A DNA stretch of 64,000 nt from Gekko japonicus (GCF_001447785.1 NW_015167598.1:1-64000); one strand, 5' to 3'; numbered from the stretch's first letter, positions 12,906 through 24,838 are shown. The notes: generated by a model not told the origin, from the letters alone. Made by a program: numbers and translations.

Positions 12906-13302
12906 CAGGGCTATTTTTGGGCAGGAACGCACAGGAACGGAGTTCCGGCTGGCTCCTGAGTTGGCCACGCCCAGCAGGAACCTATTAGCATAATAGGCCA
13001 CACCTAACAGCAGACACTCATTAGGATTGGCTACATTAGGGGTGTGTGGCTTAACATGCAAAGGAGTTCCTGCTACAAAAAAAGCCCAGGGTTTTGACAA
13101 CAAACAAGGTAAACCGAATAAGAAGCAAAAGGTGGGTGTGGTTGAATGACCACACTTCTGGTAGCATGTGGGGTGTGGTCTAATATGCTAATGAGCTGTG
13201 CTGTCAGGGGTGTGGCCTAATATGCTAATGTGTTTCTGCTGTTGGGTGTGGCCTAATATGCTAATGGGTTCCTGCTGGGCTTTTTCTACAAAAAAAGCCC
13301 TG
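12906..13302. mobile_element. hAT MITE, paralog of 9949-10343
   Basis: Same TIR and body; 8-bp TSD ggaataag. Confidence 0.9.
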
Positions 13303-13436
13303 GGAATAAGGAATAATGATACTTAACTAAGCTGTTTCTTGAGCTCTAGACCAGGGTTGTCCTGGCCTGGTTCTCCAGATTCTTAGTAGGTCCTGCACTC
13401 CTGCAGGCTGCTGGCAGGAAGACTGAGAAGAGAAGC

Positions 13437-13682
13437 TAGGGATGCCAGCCTCCAGGTGGGACCTGGAGTTCCCCCGGAATTGTAGCTCATCTCCAGATAA
13501 TGGAGATCAGTTCCCCTGGAGGAAATGGCTGCTTTGGAGGGTGGACTCTGTGGCATCGTACCCCACTGAGGTCCCTGTCCTCCCCAGGCTCCATCCCCAA
13601 ATCTCCAGGAGTTTCCCAGCCCAGATCTGGCAACTCTAGCTCCCATCCCTTGCCCGTGGCCAAGGGGTACCTGGCAACCCTA
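13437..13682 (+). mobile_element. TAGGGTTGCC-family hAT MITE
   Basis: tagggatgccag...tggcaacccta termini. Confidence 0.7.
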
Positions 13683-13909
13683 AGAGACTTACTGAGTCTC
13701 TCCTACCCTCCTGTTTCCTACTGGGCCTCTACTCTTAAAGAGGCAGTACACAACACTGGCAAGCCTAATTCTTAAGCACATGCATGTGAAAAAAAGGGAA
13801 CTCTTGACTCTGAAAGGGGCTTGCTTTCTGAGATCTCTCCTATGTCTGGGTAGTCATGAAAGTGTTGTGTTTTGAAGGTATCTGCTGAGCCTTTTTAAAC
13901 GTGCAAGAT

Positions 13910-14242
13910 TAGGGTTGCCAGGTCCCTACCTTCTGCTGGTGGGGGGATGGAGCTTCCCTGCCTGGATCTCCTAGCACCACGATGATGTCACCCGGAAGTG
14001 ATGTCATCACGCTAGGCACATCGCCAGGGGGACGCTCTAGCATTCAGCCAGAAACTCTATGGTACCATAGAGGGTCTTTTTGGCGGAATGCTAGAGCATC
14101 CACCTGGTGATGTGCGCCAGGCACGTTGGCGCAATCCTGGTACTTTGGGAGCAGAGCCCTCCACCGGCTGGATGTGGGCCAGTGGATCAGGGGGGCCTAA
14201 AGCAGGCAGACCCCCACCCCCAGCGGAGGAATGGCAAGCCTA
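13910..14242. mobile_element. TAGGGTTGCC-family hAT MITE
   Basis: TIRs and 8-bp TSD tgcaagat. Confidence 0.85.
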
Positions 14243-14828
14243 TGCAAGATAGGAGTCAGTGTTTTCTTGCCGGCCAGGAAGTTTCTCCCCACACAAACAT
14301 TCCTGGATGATATCTCACAATGTGCATTCCTCCAGGGCCACAGACAGGAGATTAATGGAACCATTGAGCTAGGCAATTGGATCCTGCTCTCAGCATCATG
14401 TGGATGATGGGAAATGTGGCACGGGATCATTCCCACCTGTTTAGATCTACAAAGCACGGACAACTGACACGGTGTATACACAGAGTTGTGATTATTTTCC
14501 TTGCTTCCTCCCTATGCCCTTAGCAGCTGTATGATTATCCAGTAGACGTTTGACAGACACTGGCATGAGTCCACCAGTCCACCAGCCGAGCTTTTCCTCG
14601 GAGCATTGGCATTTTTGCACCATGCGTCATCAGGCAGGGGGAGTTGCTCTACCAGTACATTGCTGCCTGTTAATGTCCTGTTTTTCTGCAGGGGAAAATG
14701 AAAGGTGGCAATCCTTGTGTTGAGTAGCATGAGGGACACCACTGTACCTCTCTAGTGAAGAAGGTTTGCTACAATAACCAACACACAGAAAGCATTTTGT
14801 GTTCAGCAACCATAGCACAGCGCACACG

Positions 14829-15434
14829 TGTTATGTCCGTGAACCGCCACCAGGGGTCTGCTGCCTCAGTCCTTCGCTTGGTTCCAAACACAATAGGGAC
14901 CAAGGATCCTTGTAATGTACCTACCTCAGACCACGTGCGACACAAAGGCTCCACGTGGTCTGGCTAAACCTCCGAGCTTCGCTCCTAGGAACAATGGTCC
15001 AGAGGATCCTAGCCCACTCCAATCGGAGGGCTAGGCTCCTGGCTGAGAGCCTGTGGAACTCTCGGCCACCGTATATAGCCAATGATGCGAGTGGGATGTG
15101 TTTTGGGTGTGGGGTTTTCAGGGGATATAAACCGGCAAGCGAGCCAGGTAAAGTTGTCTTGTTCTTACTGAATAAAAGTCTTAGAGCTGAAATCACAAAG
15201 TATGTCTAAGGACTTTTCAATCCTAGACCACCCTGAGTCCTCCAATAGGACCTTGGAGGGAAATTCAACCTCCCCCCAATGGAACTGTGGGTGTGCCCGG
15301 GTGGAGTGTATATAGTTGGCCCTTGCCGGGCCGTGTGGGTTCTCTTGTTGTGAAGTACAATAAACGTGTCTAGTTAGCATGTCGTAGTCCAAGTCTCCAT
15401 GTGCGAACCTGTCAACAGAACCCAGTACTTAACA
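14829..15434 (+). mobile_element. Solo LTR (Gypsy-type) hosting a nested LTR
   Basis: TGTTA...TAACA ends, TATATA at ~15309, AATAAA at ~15359, TSD acacg/acaca; similar to 36997-37270. Confidence 0.8.
14911..15219 (+). mobile_element. Nested solo LTR of a second family
   Basis: TG...CA ends, TATAAA at ~15126, AATAAA at 15171, perfect 5-bp TSD atcct. Confidence 0.82.
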
Positions 15435-15625
15435 ACACATACACCCCTCCAATGAGACTTCCCAAGCAGAGATACATTTACCTGCCTCTCCGGATTTTCT
15501 CAGTGTTTGAGTTGAGGCAATTTAAGTCAGTGGCAAAACAGCATCCAAAGAACCCGGGGCAACAGCAGACTGAAACCGGGCTGACCACTGAAGGGAGATG
15601 ATGTAATGCAGATTGGGGGGGGGGA

Positions 15626-15740
15626 NNNNNNNNNNNNNNNNNNNNNNNNNNNNNNNNNNNNNNNNNNNNNNNNNNNNNNNNNNNNNNNNNNNNNNNNNNN
15701 NNNNNNNNNNNNNNNNNNNNNNNNNNNNNNNNNNNNNNNN
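15626..15740. other. Assembly gap
   Basis: Run of N. Confidence 1.
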
Positions 15741-18707
15741 CATGGATTAAAAGGAGAGTGCAGACAGGGCCTGTGATCAGGATGGCTCACCGTACCCATA
15801 TCAGCCCCTGGAGAATCTGCAGCACCAAGGCAGGATGCAGGCCCTATTGCAGTTGGTGGTAACCTAGGGCTATGCTTACTGAATGTCCCTGATTTAACCC
15901 TTGGCATATACTGGTAAAATGAATTAGAAAGCAGAAGTTGGGAAAGACCTTTCTCTGCCAGAGACTCTGGGAGCCACCAGTCAAAGCAGAAGGTTTTTTT
16001 TTTTTGCTATATTTCTTTGGGTGTGTGTGTGTGTTTTTTAAAGAATTCACAAAATGACTGATACCTGATCATATCTGTACCCAACCCTTCCTCCAAGGGT
16101 CTGAGGAAGGTACAGTCGGAATTTTCTTAATCAGGTTTGCTTTTTTGTTGTAATTTACCATATTTCTGAGCGTTGGTTTTTAATAAAATTATTGAAGGGG
16201 TTCACAGTTTAAAAACAAAATGCTAATATGCTGAAACCCTAAAGCTAACATCCTATAAAAGAGCACGCATCACTTCACACATCTTACTCACCACCAGCAG
16301 TAGAAAGGGGTCACATTTTTAAAAGATCGGAAATTTCGCTACCATGCTTGCAGCAGAATAAGGAAATCCTCATGGGCTTGCAAAAAGAGATAAAGAAAGA
16401 AGTAAGAAACCCCTCTAGGAGAAGCAAGTTCAAACATAAGAGATGCCAATGTTGGATCAGGCCAAAGGCCCATCCAATCCAACACTCTGTGTCACACAGA
16501 GTGGTACTGCCCCCTGGGGGGGATTTCGGGGGGGGGACTAAGAGGCAAGAGGGCAGCAGGGGTGAGCTGGACATGGGCCTCTTCAACCGTGTTATTCACT
16601 TATTTATTACTGATCAGGCTGTGGCACCATGCTGGCAAACAGCACTCCAAGTTTCTGCCTCTACATAGTGCTGAGAGTTCTAGTCAGACCAGTATTCCAC
16701 ATTTTGAGAAACTGTCGTCGCTGTGTGTGTTTTTGTCTCTTTGTCATTTCCCAAGTTTTTGCTGTTAAGTCCTTAACATGATTGTGTTGAGCATTTCGTA
16801 GAAAAAGAGGTATAGGAGCTCATTAGCATAACTCATTAGCATAACTTATTTGGATATGCCACACACCCTGAGATCACCGGAAGTGTGTCAGAAGGCAACA
16901 CCCACTGCTCAGGCTCCACTGGACTGTTTTGGATTTGCTAGCTATTGGGGGGAGGGGGGGAGAGAAACGTGCAGATCTGTCCTCACAGAAGAGGGAGAGC
17001 TTGTACCTGAATAAAACTTGGTCTTAAAGGTTCCACTGGACTGTTTTGGACCTGTTGGCTCTGCAACTTACCTGGCTGCTTCTTGCTCTGACTGAGGGCT
17101 GCTGGGAGCAGGGGGTGGGGCTTGTTGCATGTGCCCACCCCCTGGGATCTTTACCGCTGGAGCTCCGCTCCTGTGCACTCCTGCAGGAAATGACCCCTGG
17201 CGTTGAGCATGGTATTTATTTTCCTGTGTTCTTGGTTACTGAAACTGCTGATTATGAAGTGCACTTTTTAGCTATATAAGTGTTATTTTTGTTGCAATCC
17301 ACCCAATATTAATATTTCTAGGTTATGTAAGGATTCAAGGGTAGTAGGGAAAATCTGAGTAATTCAGGGGGAAATTAGGGTATAAATAATAAAAATTCCA
17401 ACAATAAGAGGAAAAATTGTGGCAAATAAATATAAATAATGGGTGGGGAAGATTTAGGCATATTTTCGGCAAAAATAACTTTTAGACAAACCTTTATAAA
17501 TAAAATATAACACATTGTCTTTATTCAGAATTGCAGTAATTAAAATGGAAAACCCCGCAATAAAAGTATTTAAAGGAGGCAATAAATTAAAATAATCTTA
17601 ATTTTTTCCAGTCTCCCAGGACCTTTTACTTTCCCCCAAAATAACACTGTCACTCCTTAGTAAAATACTTTTGGTTTTAAATTTCTGCAATGCATTGATG
17701 TACTTTTTCCCTTTAGCAAAATTTTCACCACTGTGTATTAGACTATAAAAGTTCCATAAAGGCCATCTTAGTGTAATTATAATTTATAACATATTTCATT
17801 ACTATGTATACCATTTACTTCTGTCAAACATTTCAACATGTTATCCAGTATCCATTGATTGGTTGTTGTTTTTTTGTATTTTCAGACACAGAAACAGTCA
17901 AGCATTATTTTATGGGTGAATTAATTTCAGTAAACTTTTAAACATGTAGCAAATGTTGTACAGTGATTTTCTGAAAATACAGTGCTTCTGTATATATCAA
18001 TGTTGTACAGTGATTTTCTTCTGGCCCAGAAGGTGAACCTCTTTCAGGACCCCACCCCCCAATATTTATATGAACATAGCGTAATTTGTCATCTGATTAC
18101 CAGGATTTTTATTAGTATTACCCTAAACTTTCCCTCAATTACCCAAATGTTTCATCTTAACCCCCAAATTTTTATGATAAAAACGTGGCTAACGTTCAAA
18201 AAGTGGCTTTAAACCAGACATTGGGAAACTGGTCTCACTTCATCTGGCAGGGGCTCTTCCAAGTCCCAGGTCTTTCACATCACCTAAGACCTGATCTTGT
18301 TTTTAACTGGAGATGCTGGGGCCTGTGACCTTCAGCATGCCAAACCGATGCTCTCTTGCTGAGCCACGGCCCCTCTCTAAAGGCAGCCTGAGACCGGAAC
18401 ACACGAGCTGTCCCACTCTGGAAATCTATGAACTTTTCGCAGCAAATGGCCGAGGTCTGGCCCAGAAGGTGAACCTCTTTCAGGACCACGGTTTTACTTG
18501 TCATGCTACAACTATAGGGGGAAAACCTGAAGCTATCATTCAAGTGATTCTGTCTTAGTTGATGCATCGGGCCACAAGGTGGAGCTTTGCTCTAAAATTT
18601 CATACTGGAGAAGCAGGCATGGAATAAATTCAAGCTAGAATTTGGCAGCATTACTGACATTAGTGAGATTTGTTTGCATTGCCTTTTATGTGTTAAAGTA
18701 TTATGTA

Positions 18708-18957
18708 TTATTAAAGTGTAGTGGGTTAGACGCATGTAGAAACCACTGAGACGGATGTAATGATCTGCATGGTTTACTGGTACACAACAAAGACAAAGAC
18801 TAACGGCCGGCTGGCCAACTATATACACACCTGGGGACACACTGCTAGGTCCTATTGGTCCCCAAGTGGAGACACTAGGAGCCTAGTCCCCATTGTTCTT
18901 ACAGAGTCAAGCTCTGGGGTATTCGCTGGCCCCTGGTGGCGATCAGTGGACATAACA
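18708..18957 (-). mobile_element. Diverged solo LTR (duplicated at ~25059-25308)
   Basis: Similar to the LTRs at 14829 and 36997 (ctagtccccattg..cccctggtggc..cataaca). Confidence 0.65.
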
Positions 18958-19359
18958 GCATGGGAGGTGTGACATCTCACACCTGCTTCCTCCATGTGAC
19001 AGTGAATTACAGAGGGCTGCATAGCTCATGGCTCTGCAGAGGGAACTCCAGGGACAGCCATCAGATGGGTCGCCGCATGAATCCTCCTGGTTACACAGCC
19101 GGTTTAGTGATGGTGATCTCTGCCATCGATGTGGGAACCAGTACTGTATTTGAAGGATTCACAGAAGCAAGCCGCTCTAGGTTTGGCCTCCGTTCACATT
19201 GCCGCAGACAAAGTGGAATTTGCTTGTGGCAGTAACGGAGGTGGTTGACTGCCAGGTTCTCACACTCTCTTCCAACTCCTCTGAAGGCAGACATTTTCAG
19301 CTCATGCCAGTTAATCCCGGTGTCTAAATGCCTTCTTGTGCAGTAACCAAGATCCTTGT

Positions 19360-19560
19360 GTGTGTGTGAAGTGCTGTCAAGTTGCAGCTGACTTACGGCA
19401 GCACTAGAAATTTTTTTTCAAGGCAAGTGATCAAGTTGACGTGGTTGGCCGTTGCCTTCCTCTGCAGAATCTTCCTTGGCGGTCTCCCTTCCAAGTACCC
19501 ACCCTGCTTAGCTTCCGAGATCTGATGTGATCAGGCTATAGCATGCCACCTTCCGTCCCG
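19360..19560 (-). mobile_element. 5S-derived SINE (duplicated at ~25710-25910)
   Basis: ccctgcttagcttccgagatctga is antisense to a 5S rRNA segment. Confidence 0.7.
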
Positions 19561-20109
19561 CCAAGATTCTTAACTAATCTCAGTTTAAAGTGCTGGCTAC
19601 TGAGAAAGAAATGAACCTCAGCTGGGCAGGTACACTCACAAGTCACGAGTGAATTGGGGACTTCGGTCTGAGCATGCTACGCAAAGGTAACTCAGCAATT
19701 GCCCAGGTTTGGGCACATCACAAACAAAGGTCATATCCAAACAGCGTTGGATTCCTTGTCTGCACATAAAATCCAGTTGAGAATGATTGCTATTTAAATG
19801 ACATCATGATACCCAGCAATGTGTGGATCCAGCTCTACTCCCTCTGGTTTGTTTATGACATTACAGCATCCGTGGGTCTGACCCATAAAGGCCAATGCCA
19901 TTTTAGAGAAGAATCCAGCCATTAAAAAAAGGTGCAAAGGACCGATCTTGACTGAGGCTGTGGCAGAAGCAGGTGATCTGGTTTCTCCCACGAGCCTTTT
20001 CAAGTGCTGAAACACCCCCTTGAAAATGCATGGGTGGGGCCAAGATTGGCTGGTCCTACTGAGCCTTGGGCAGGCCCTCACGGCTTTTTTAAATGGCTCA
20101 GTTTAAATG

Positions 20110-20516
20110 GCCAGCACGGTGTAGTGGCAACGAGGGGCAGGCTCTAATCTGGGAGACCTGGCTTTGATTCCCCACTCTTCCACATGCAGCTGCTGGTGTA
20201 ACTTTGGGTCAGTCACAAGTTCTCTCAGAGCTGTTCTCTCACAAGCAGTTCTCTCAGAGCTCTCTCAGCCCCATCCACCTCACAGGAAGTGTTCCCTCTA
20301 AGCTGAGTTAATGTGAGCTAGCTCACAGTTTTTTAGCCTCTGGCTCACACATTTTTTGTCTTAGCTCAGGAAGGATGGCTCCAGAGCAAACTAATTTATG
20401 CAGCAGCCACCGGCCTCACAAGGTGCCTGTTGTGAGGAAGGGAAGGGAATGTGATTGTATGCCATTTTGAGACTCCTTAGGGTAGAGAAAGGCGGGATAT
20501 AAAACCCTTCTTCTTC
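20110..20516 (+). mobile_element. Squam3-like SINE containing a truncated hAT MITE (duplicated at ~26461-26872)
   Basis: SINE consensus interrupted after ctcacagg by (c)agtgttccctctaagc... Confidence 0.8.
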
Positions 20517-21425
20517 TCTAAAATAGCATCAGCATCCACGGGCCTGGTCATTTGCGGATCCTGTGATGTCTAGTTTGGCCCTCTGAATCGAGCCTTCCTG
20601 GCAAGGGCAAAGGAGCACCAAAGCAGCTTTTACATGAAAATTATAATCATACTACCTCAAAAAGAAATTAACTCTGGTGACCAAAAAGAGGACTTCAGAG
20701 TAAAGTAACAGATGCTTTATATCATGTTATTGAACCAACTAAAGTACAGCCAGTGCTATTAATAACCCAGGTTACCTGAGATGAGATGTTAGTACAGTGG
20801 CATTAACAAGATGCTGTTCAAGGAGCTAAGCTCCGCCTGTGGCCCCAGAAAAACCTCGCACTACAGTGAGTTGCATTTCTACTTAAATTATAGTAATTAT
20901 GTGTAATTTTTGCAGGTATTACAGCATTTATGCTCTGCCTTCCTCAGGGAGACTCAAGATGAATTGCAAAAGGAAAAAAGAATTAAAACCAGTAAATAAC
21001 CATAAAACTAAGCTATTTAGAACCAAAAAGTAACAATGAAATGATTCAAAACAAACGAGTAACAATAAAAACGCCTATAAAACAATACTGGAAACAGTAA
21101 GCCAATGTACAAAAAGAGCTTCCTAAATGTACAGTCTCACACAAGACATATTAGTATATGTGTATTTTGAGCAAATTTTGTCCTCTTGCGTCCTTTTTGG
21201 GTCATCCATAGAGGGCCGGCCAAAATGCAAGAGAGTCTGAAAAGAAGCACATTTATTTATTTATTTATTTATTTGATCATCCTGCCCTCCCCGCAAGCAG
21301 GCTCAGGGTGGCTAACAGTATTTGGGACAGTTTTATTTATTTATTTATTTAGGGTTAGGGTTAGGCATTTTTACCCCGCCCTCCCCGCAAATGGGCACCA
21401 ATGCACCAATCATAACACAGTTAAA

Positions 21426-21770
21426 AAGGTAAAGGTAAAGGTTCCCTTGCTCGAAAGCCAGTCGAATCCGACTCTAGGGTTGCGGTGCTCATCTCCGTTT
21501 CAAAACCGAAGAGCCAGCGCTGTCCGAAGACGTTTCCGTGGTCATGTGGCTGGCATGACTAAACACCAAGGCGCACGGAACGCTGTTACCTTCCCACCGA
21601 AGTGGTCCCTATTTATCTACTTGCAATTTCTTGCTTTCGAACTGCTAGGTTGGCAGGAGCTGGAACTAGAGACAGGAGCTCACCCTGTCTTGCGGCACCC
21701 GGGTCTTGAACCACTGAACTACTGACCTTCCACAGTCTGCAGTTCAGTGTCTTAACCACTTGAGCCACCG
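21426..21770 (-). mobile_element. Sauria SINE present only in duplication copy A
   Basis: TSD cagttaaa; the site is empty at ~27790-27815 in copy B. Confidence 0.92.
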
Positions 21771-22058
21771 CAGTTAAATAACTTACAAAACAGTTAAATA
21801 ACTTACAATGAAATAATGTGCAGTTAAAATGCTCACAATTTTGAATTACAGTGGCGTACCATATAATGCCGCACCCAAGGTTCTCAGTCTCTGGGCTCCC
21901 GATGGCACCATATAATGTCGATTGGGCTGGCCTTGCACCGCAGATGTTAATTGCGGGCATTGGTGGTAGTGGTGGCGGCTCCTAATTGAAAGCCTGGTGG
22001 ATGTCAGCAAGCTGCCATTCTGTTTTCTGTGACCTCTGTGTACATATCCTTTCCCTGT

Positions 22059-24838
22059 TGTGACCTTCAGCATGCCAAACCGATGCTCTCTTGCTGAGCC
22101 ACGGCCCCTCTCTAAAGGCAGCCTGAGACCGGAACACACGAGCTGTCCCACTCTGGAAATCTATGAACTTTTCGCAGCAAATGGCCGAGGTCTGGCCCAG
22201 AAGGTGAACCTCTTTCAGGACCCCACCCCCCAATATTTATATGAACATAGCGTAATTTGTCATCTGATTACCAGGATTTTTATTAGTATTACCCTAAACT
22301 TTCCCTCAATTACCCAAATGTTTCATCTTAACCCCCAAATTTTTATGATAAAAACGTGGCTAACGTTCAAAAAGTGGCTTTAAACCAGACATTGGGAAAC
22401 TGGTCTCACTTCATCTGGCAGGGGCTCTTCCAAGTCCCAGGTCTTTCACATCACCTAAGACCTGATCTTGTTTTTAACTGGAGATGCTGGGGCCTGTGAC
22501 CTTCAGCATGCCAAACCGATGCTCTCTTGCTGAGCCACGGCCCCTCTCTAAAGGCAGCCTGAGACCGGAACACACGAGCTGTCCCACTCTGGAAATCTAT
22601 GAACTTTTCGCAGCAAATGGCCGAGGTCTGGCCCAGAAGGTGAACCTCTTTCAGGACCCCACCCCCCAATATTTATATGAACATAGCGTAATTTGTCATC
22701 TGATTACCAGGATTTTTATTAGTATTACCCTAAACTTTCCCTCAATTACCCAAATGTTTCATCTTAACCCCCAAATTTTTATGATAAAAACGTGGCTAAC
22801 GTTCAAAAAGTGGCTTTAAACCAGACATTGGGAAACTGGTCTCACTTCATCTGGCAGGGGCTCTTCCAAGTCCCAGGTCTTTCACATCACCTAAGACCTG
22901 ATCTTGTTTTTAACTGGAGATGCTGGGGCCTGTGACCTTCAGCATGCCAAACCGATGCTCTCTTGCTGAGCCACGGCCCCTCTCTAAAGGCAGCCTGAGA
23001 CCGGAACACACGAGCTGTCCCACTCTGGAAATCTATGAACTTTTCGCAGCAAATGGCCGAGGTCTGGCCCAGAAGGTGAACCTCTTTCAGGACCCCACCC
23101 CCCAATATTTATATGAACATAGCGTAATTTGTCATCTGATTACCAGGATTTTTATTAGTATTACCCTAAACTTTCCCTCAATTACCCAAATGTTTCATCT
23201 TAACCCCCAAATTTTTATGATAAAAACGTGGCTAACGTTCAAAAAGTGGCTTTAAACCAGACATTGGGAAACTGGTCTCACTTCATCTGGCAGGGGCTCT
23301 TCCAAGTCCCAGGTCTTTCACATCACCTAAGACCTGATCTTGTTTTTAACTGGAGATGCTGGGGCCTGTGACCTTCAGCATGCCAAACCGATGCTCTCTT
23401 GCTGAGCCACGGCCCCTCTCTAAAGGCAGCCTGAGACCGGAACACACGAGCTGTCCCACTCTGGAAATCTATGAACTTTTCGCAGCAAATGGCCGAGGTC
23501 TGGCCCAGAAGGTGAACCTCTTTCAGGACCCCACCCCCCAATATTTATATGAACATAGCGTAATTTGTCATCTGATTACCAGGATTTTTATTAGTATTAC
23601 CCTAAACTTTCCCTCAATTACCCAAATGTTTCATCTTAACCCCCAAATTTTTATGATAAAAACGTGGCTAACGTTCAAAAAGTGGCTTTAAACCAGACAT
23701 TGGGAAACTGGTCTCACTTCATCTGGCAGGGGCTCTTCCAAGTCCCAGGTCTTTCACATCACCTAAGACCTGATCTTGTTTTTAACTGGAGATGCTGGGG
23801 CCTGTGACCTTCAGCATGCCAAACCGATGCTCTCTTGCTGAGCCACGGCCCCTCTCTAAAGGCAGCCTGAGACCGGAACACACGAGCTGTCCCACTCTGG
23901 AAATCTATGAACTTTTCGCAGCAAATGGCCGAGGTCTGGCCCAGAAGGTGAACCTCTTTCAGGACCCCACCCCCCAATATTTATATGAACATAGCGTAAT
24001 TTGTCATCTGATTACCAGGATTTTTATTAGTATTACCCTAAACTTTCCCTCAATTACCCAAATGTTTCATCTTAACCCCCAAATTTTTATGATAAAAACG
24101 TGGCTAACGTTCAAAAAGTGGCTTTAAACCAGACATTGGGAAACTGGTCTCACTTCATCTGGCAGGGGCTCTTCCAAGTCCCAGGTCTTTCACATCACCT
24201 AAGACCTGATCTTGTTTTTAACTGGAGATGCTGGGGCCTGTGACCTTCAGCATGCCAAACCGATGCTCTCTTGCTGAGCCACGGCCCCTCTCTAAAGGCA
24301 GCCTGAGACCGGAACACACGAGCTGTCCCACTCTGGAAATCTATGAACTTTTCGCAGCAAATGGCCGAGGTCTGGCCCAGAAGGTGAACCTCTTTCAGGA
24401 CCCCACCCCCCAATATTTATATGAACATAGCGTAATTTGTCATCTGATTACCAGGATTTTTATTAGTATTACCCTAAACTTTCCCTCAATTACCCAAATG
24501 TTTCATCTTAACCCCCAAATTTTTATGATAAAAACGTGGCTAACGTTCAAAAAGTGGCTTTAAACCAGACATTGGGAAACTGGTCTCACTTCATCTGGCA
24601 GGGGCTCTTCCAAGTCCCAGGTCTTTCACATCACCTAAGACCTGATCCTGTTTTTAACTGGAGATGCTGGGGCCTGTGACCTTCAGCATGCCAAACCGAT
24701 GCTCTCTTGCTGAGCCACGGCCCCTCTCTAAAGGCAGCCTGAGACCGGAACACACGAGCTGTCCCACTCTGGAAATCTATGAACTTTTCGCAGCAAATGG
24801 CCGAGGTCTGGCCCAGAAGGTGAACCTCTTTCAGGACC
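22059..24838 (+). repeat. Tandem array, 436-bp unit x ~6.4
   Basis: Identical ORFs recur every 436 bp (22484, 22920, 23356, 23792, 24228, 24664); units are essentially identical. Confidence 0.98.

Larger units (their letters stand above)
18020..22000 (+). repeat. Segmental duplication copy A
   Basis: Near-identical to ~24371-28018 (offset 6351 bp at the left end). Confidence 0.97.

Noticed and set aside
14769-14954. Recurrent peptide motif LVPIV..PWW..DIT (also at 18760, 25111, ~37200) as a novel protein family
   Set aside because: All occurrences map to the same end of related solo LTRs, so it is non-coding similarity.
22059-24838. CRISPR-like array
   Set aside because: The units are identical end to end with no variable spacers; the context is vertebrate and there are no cas genes.
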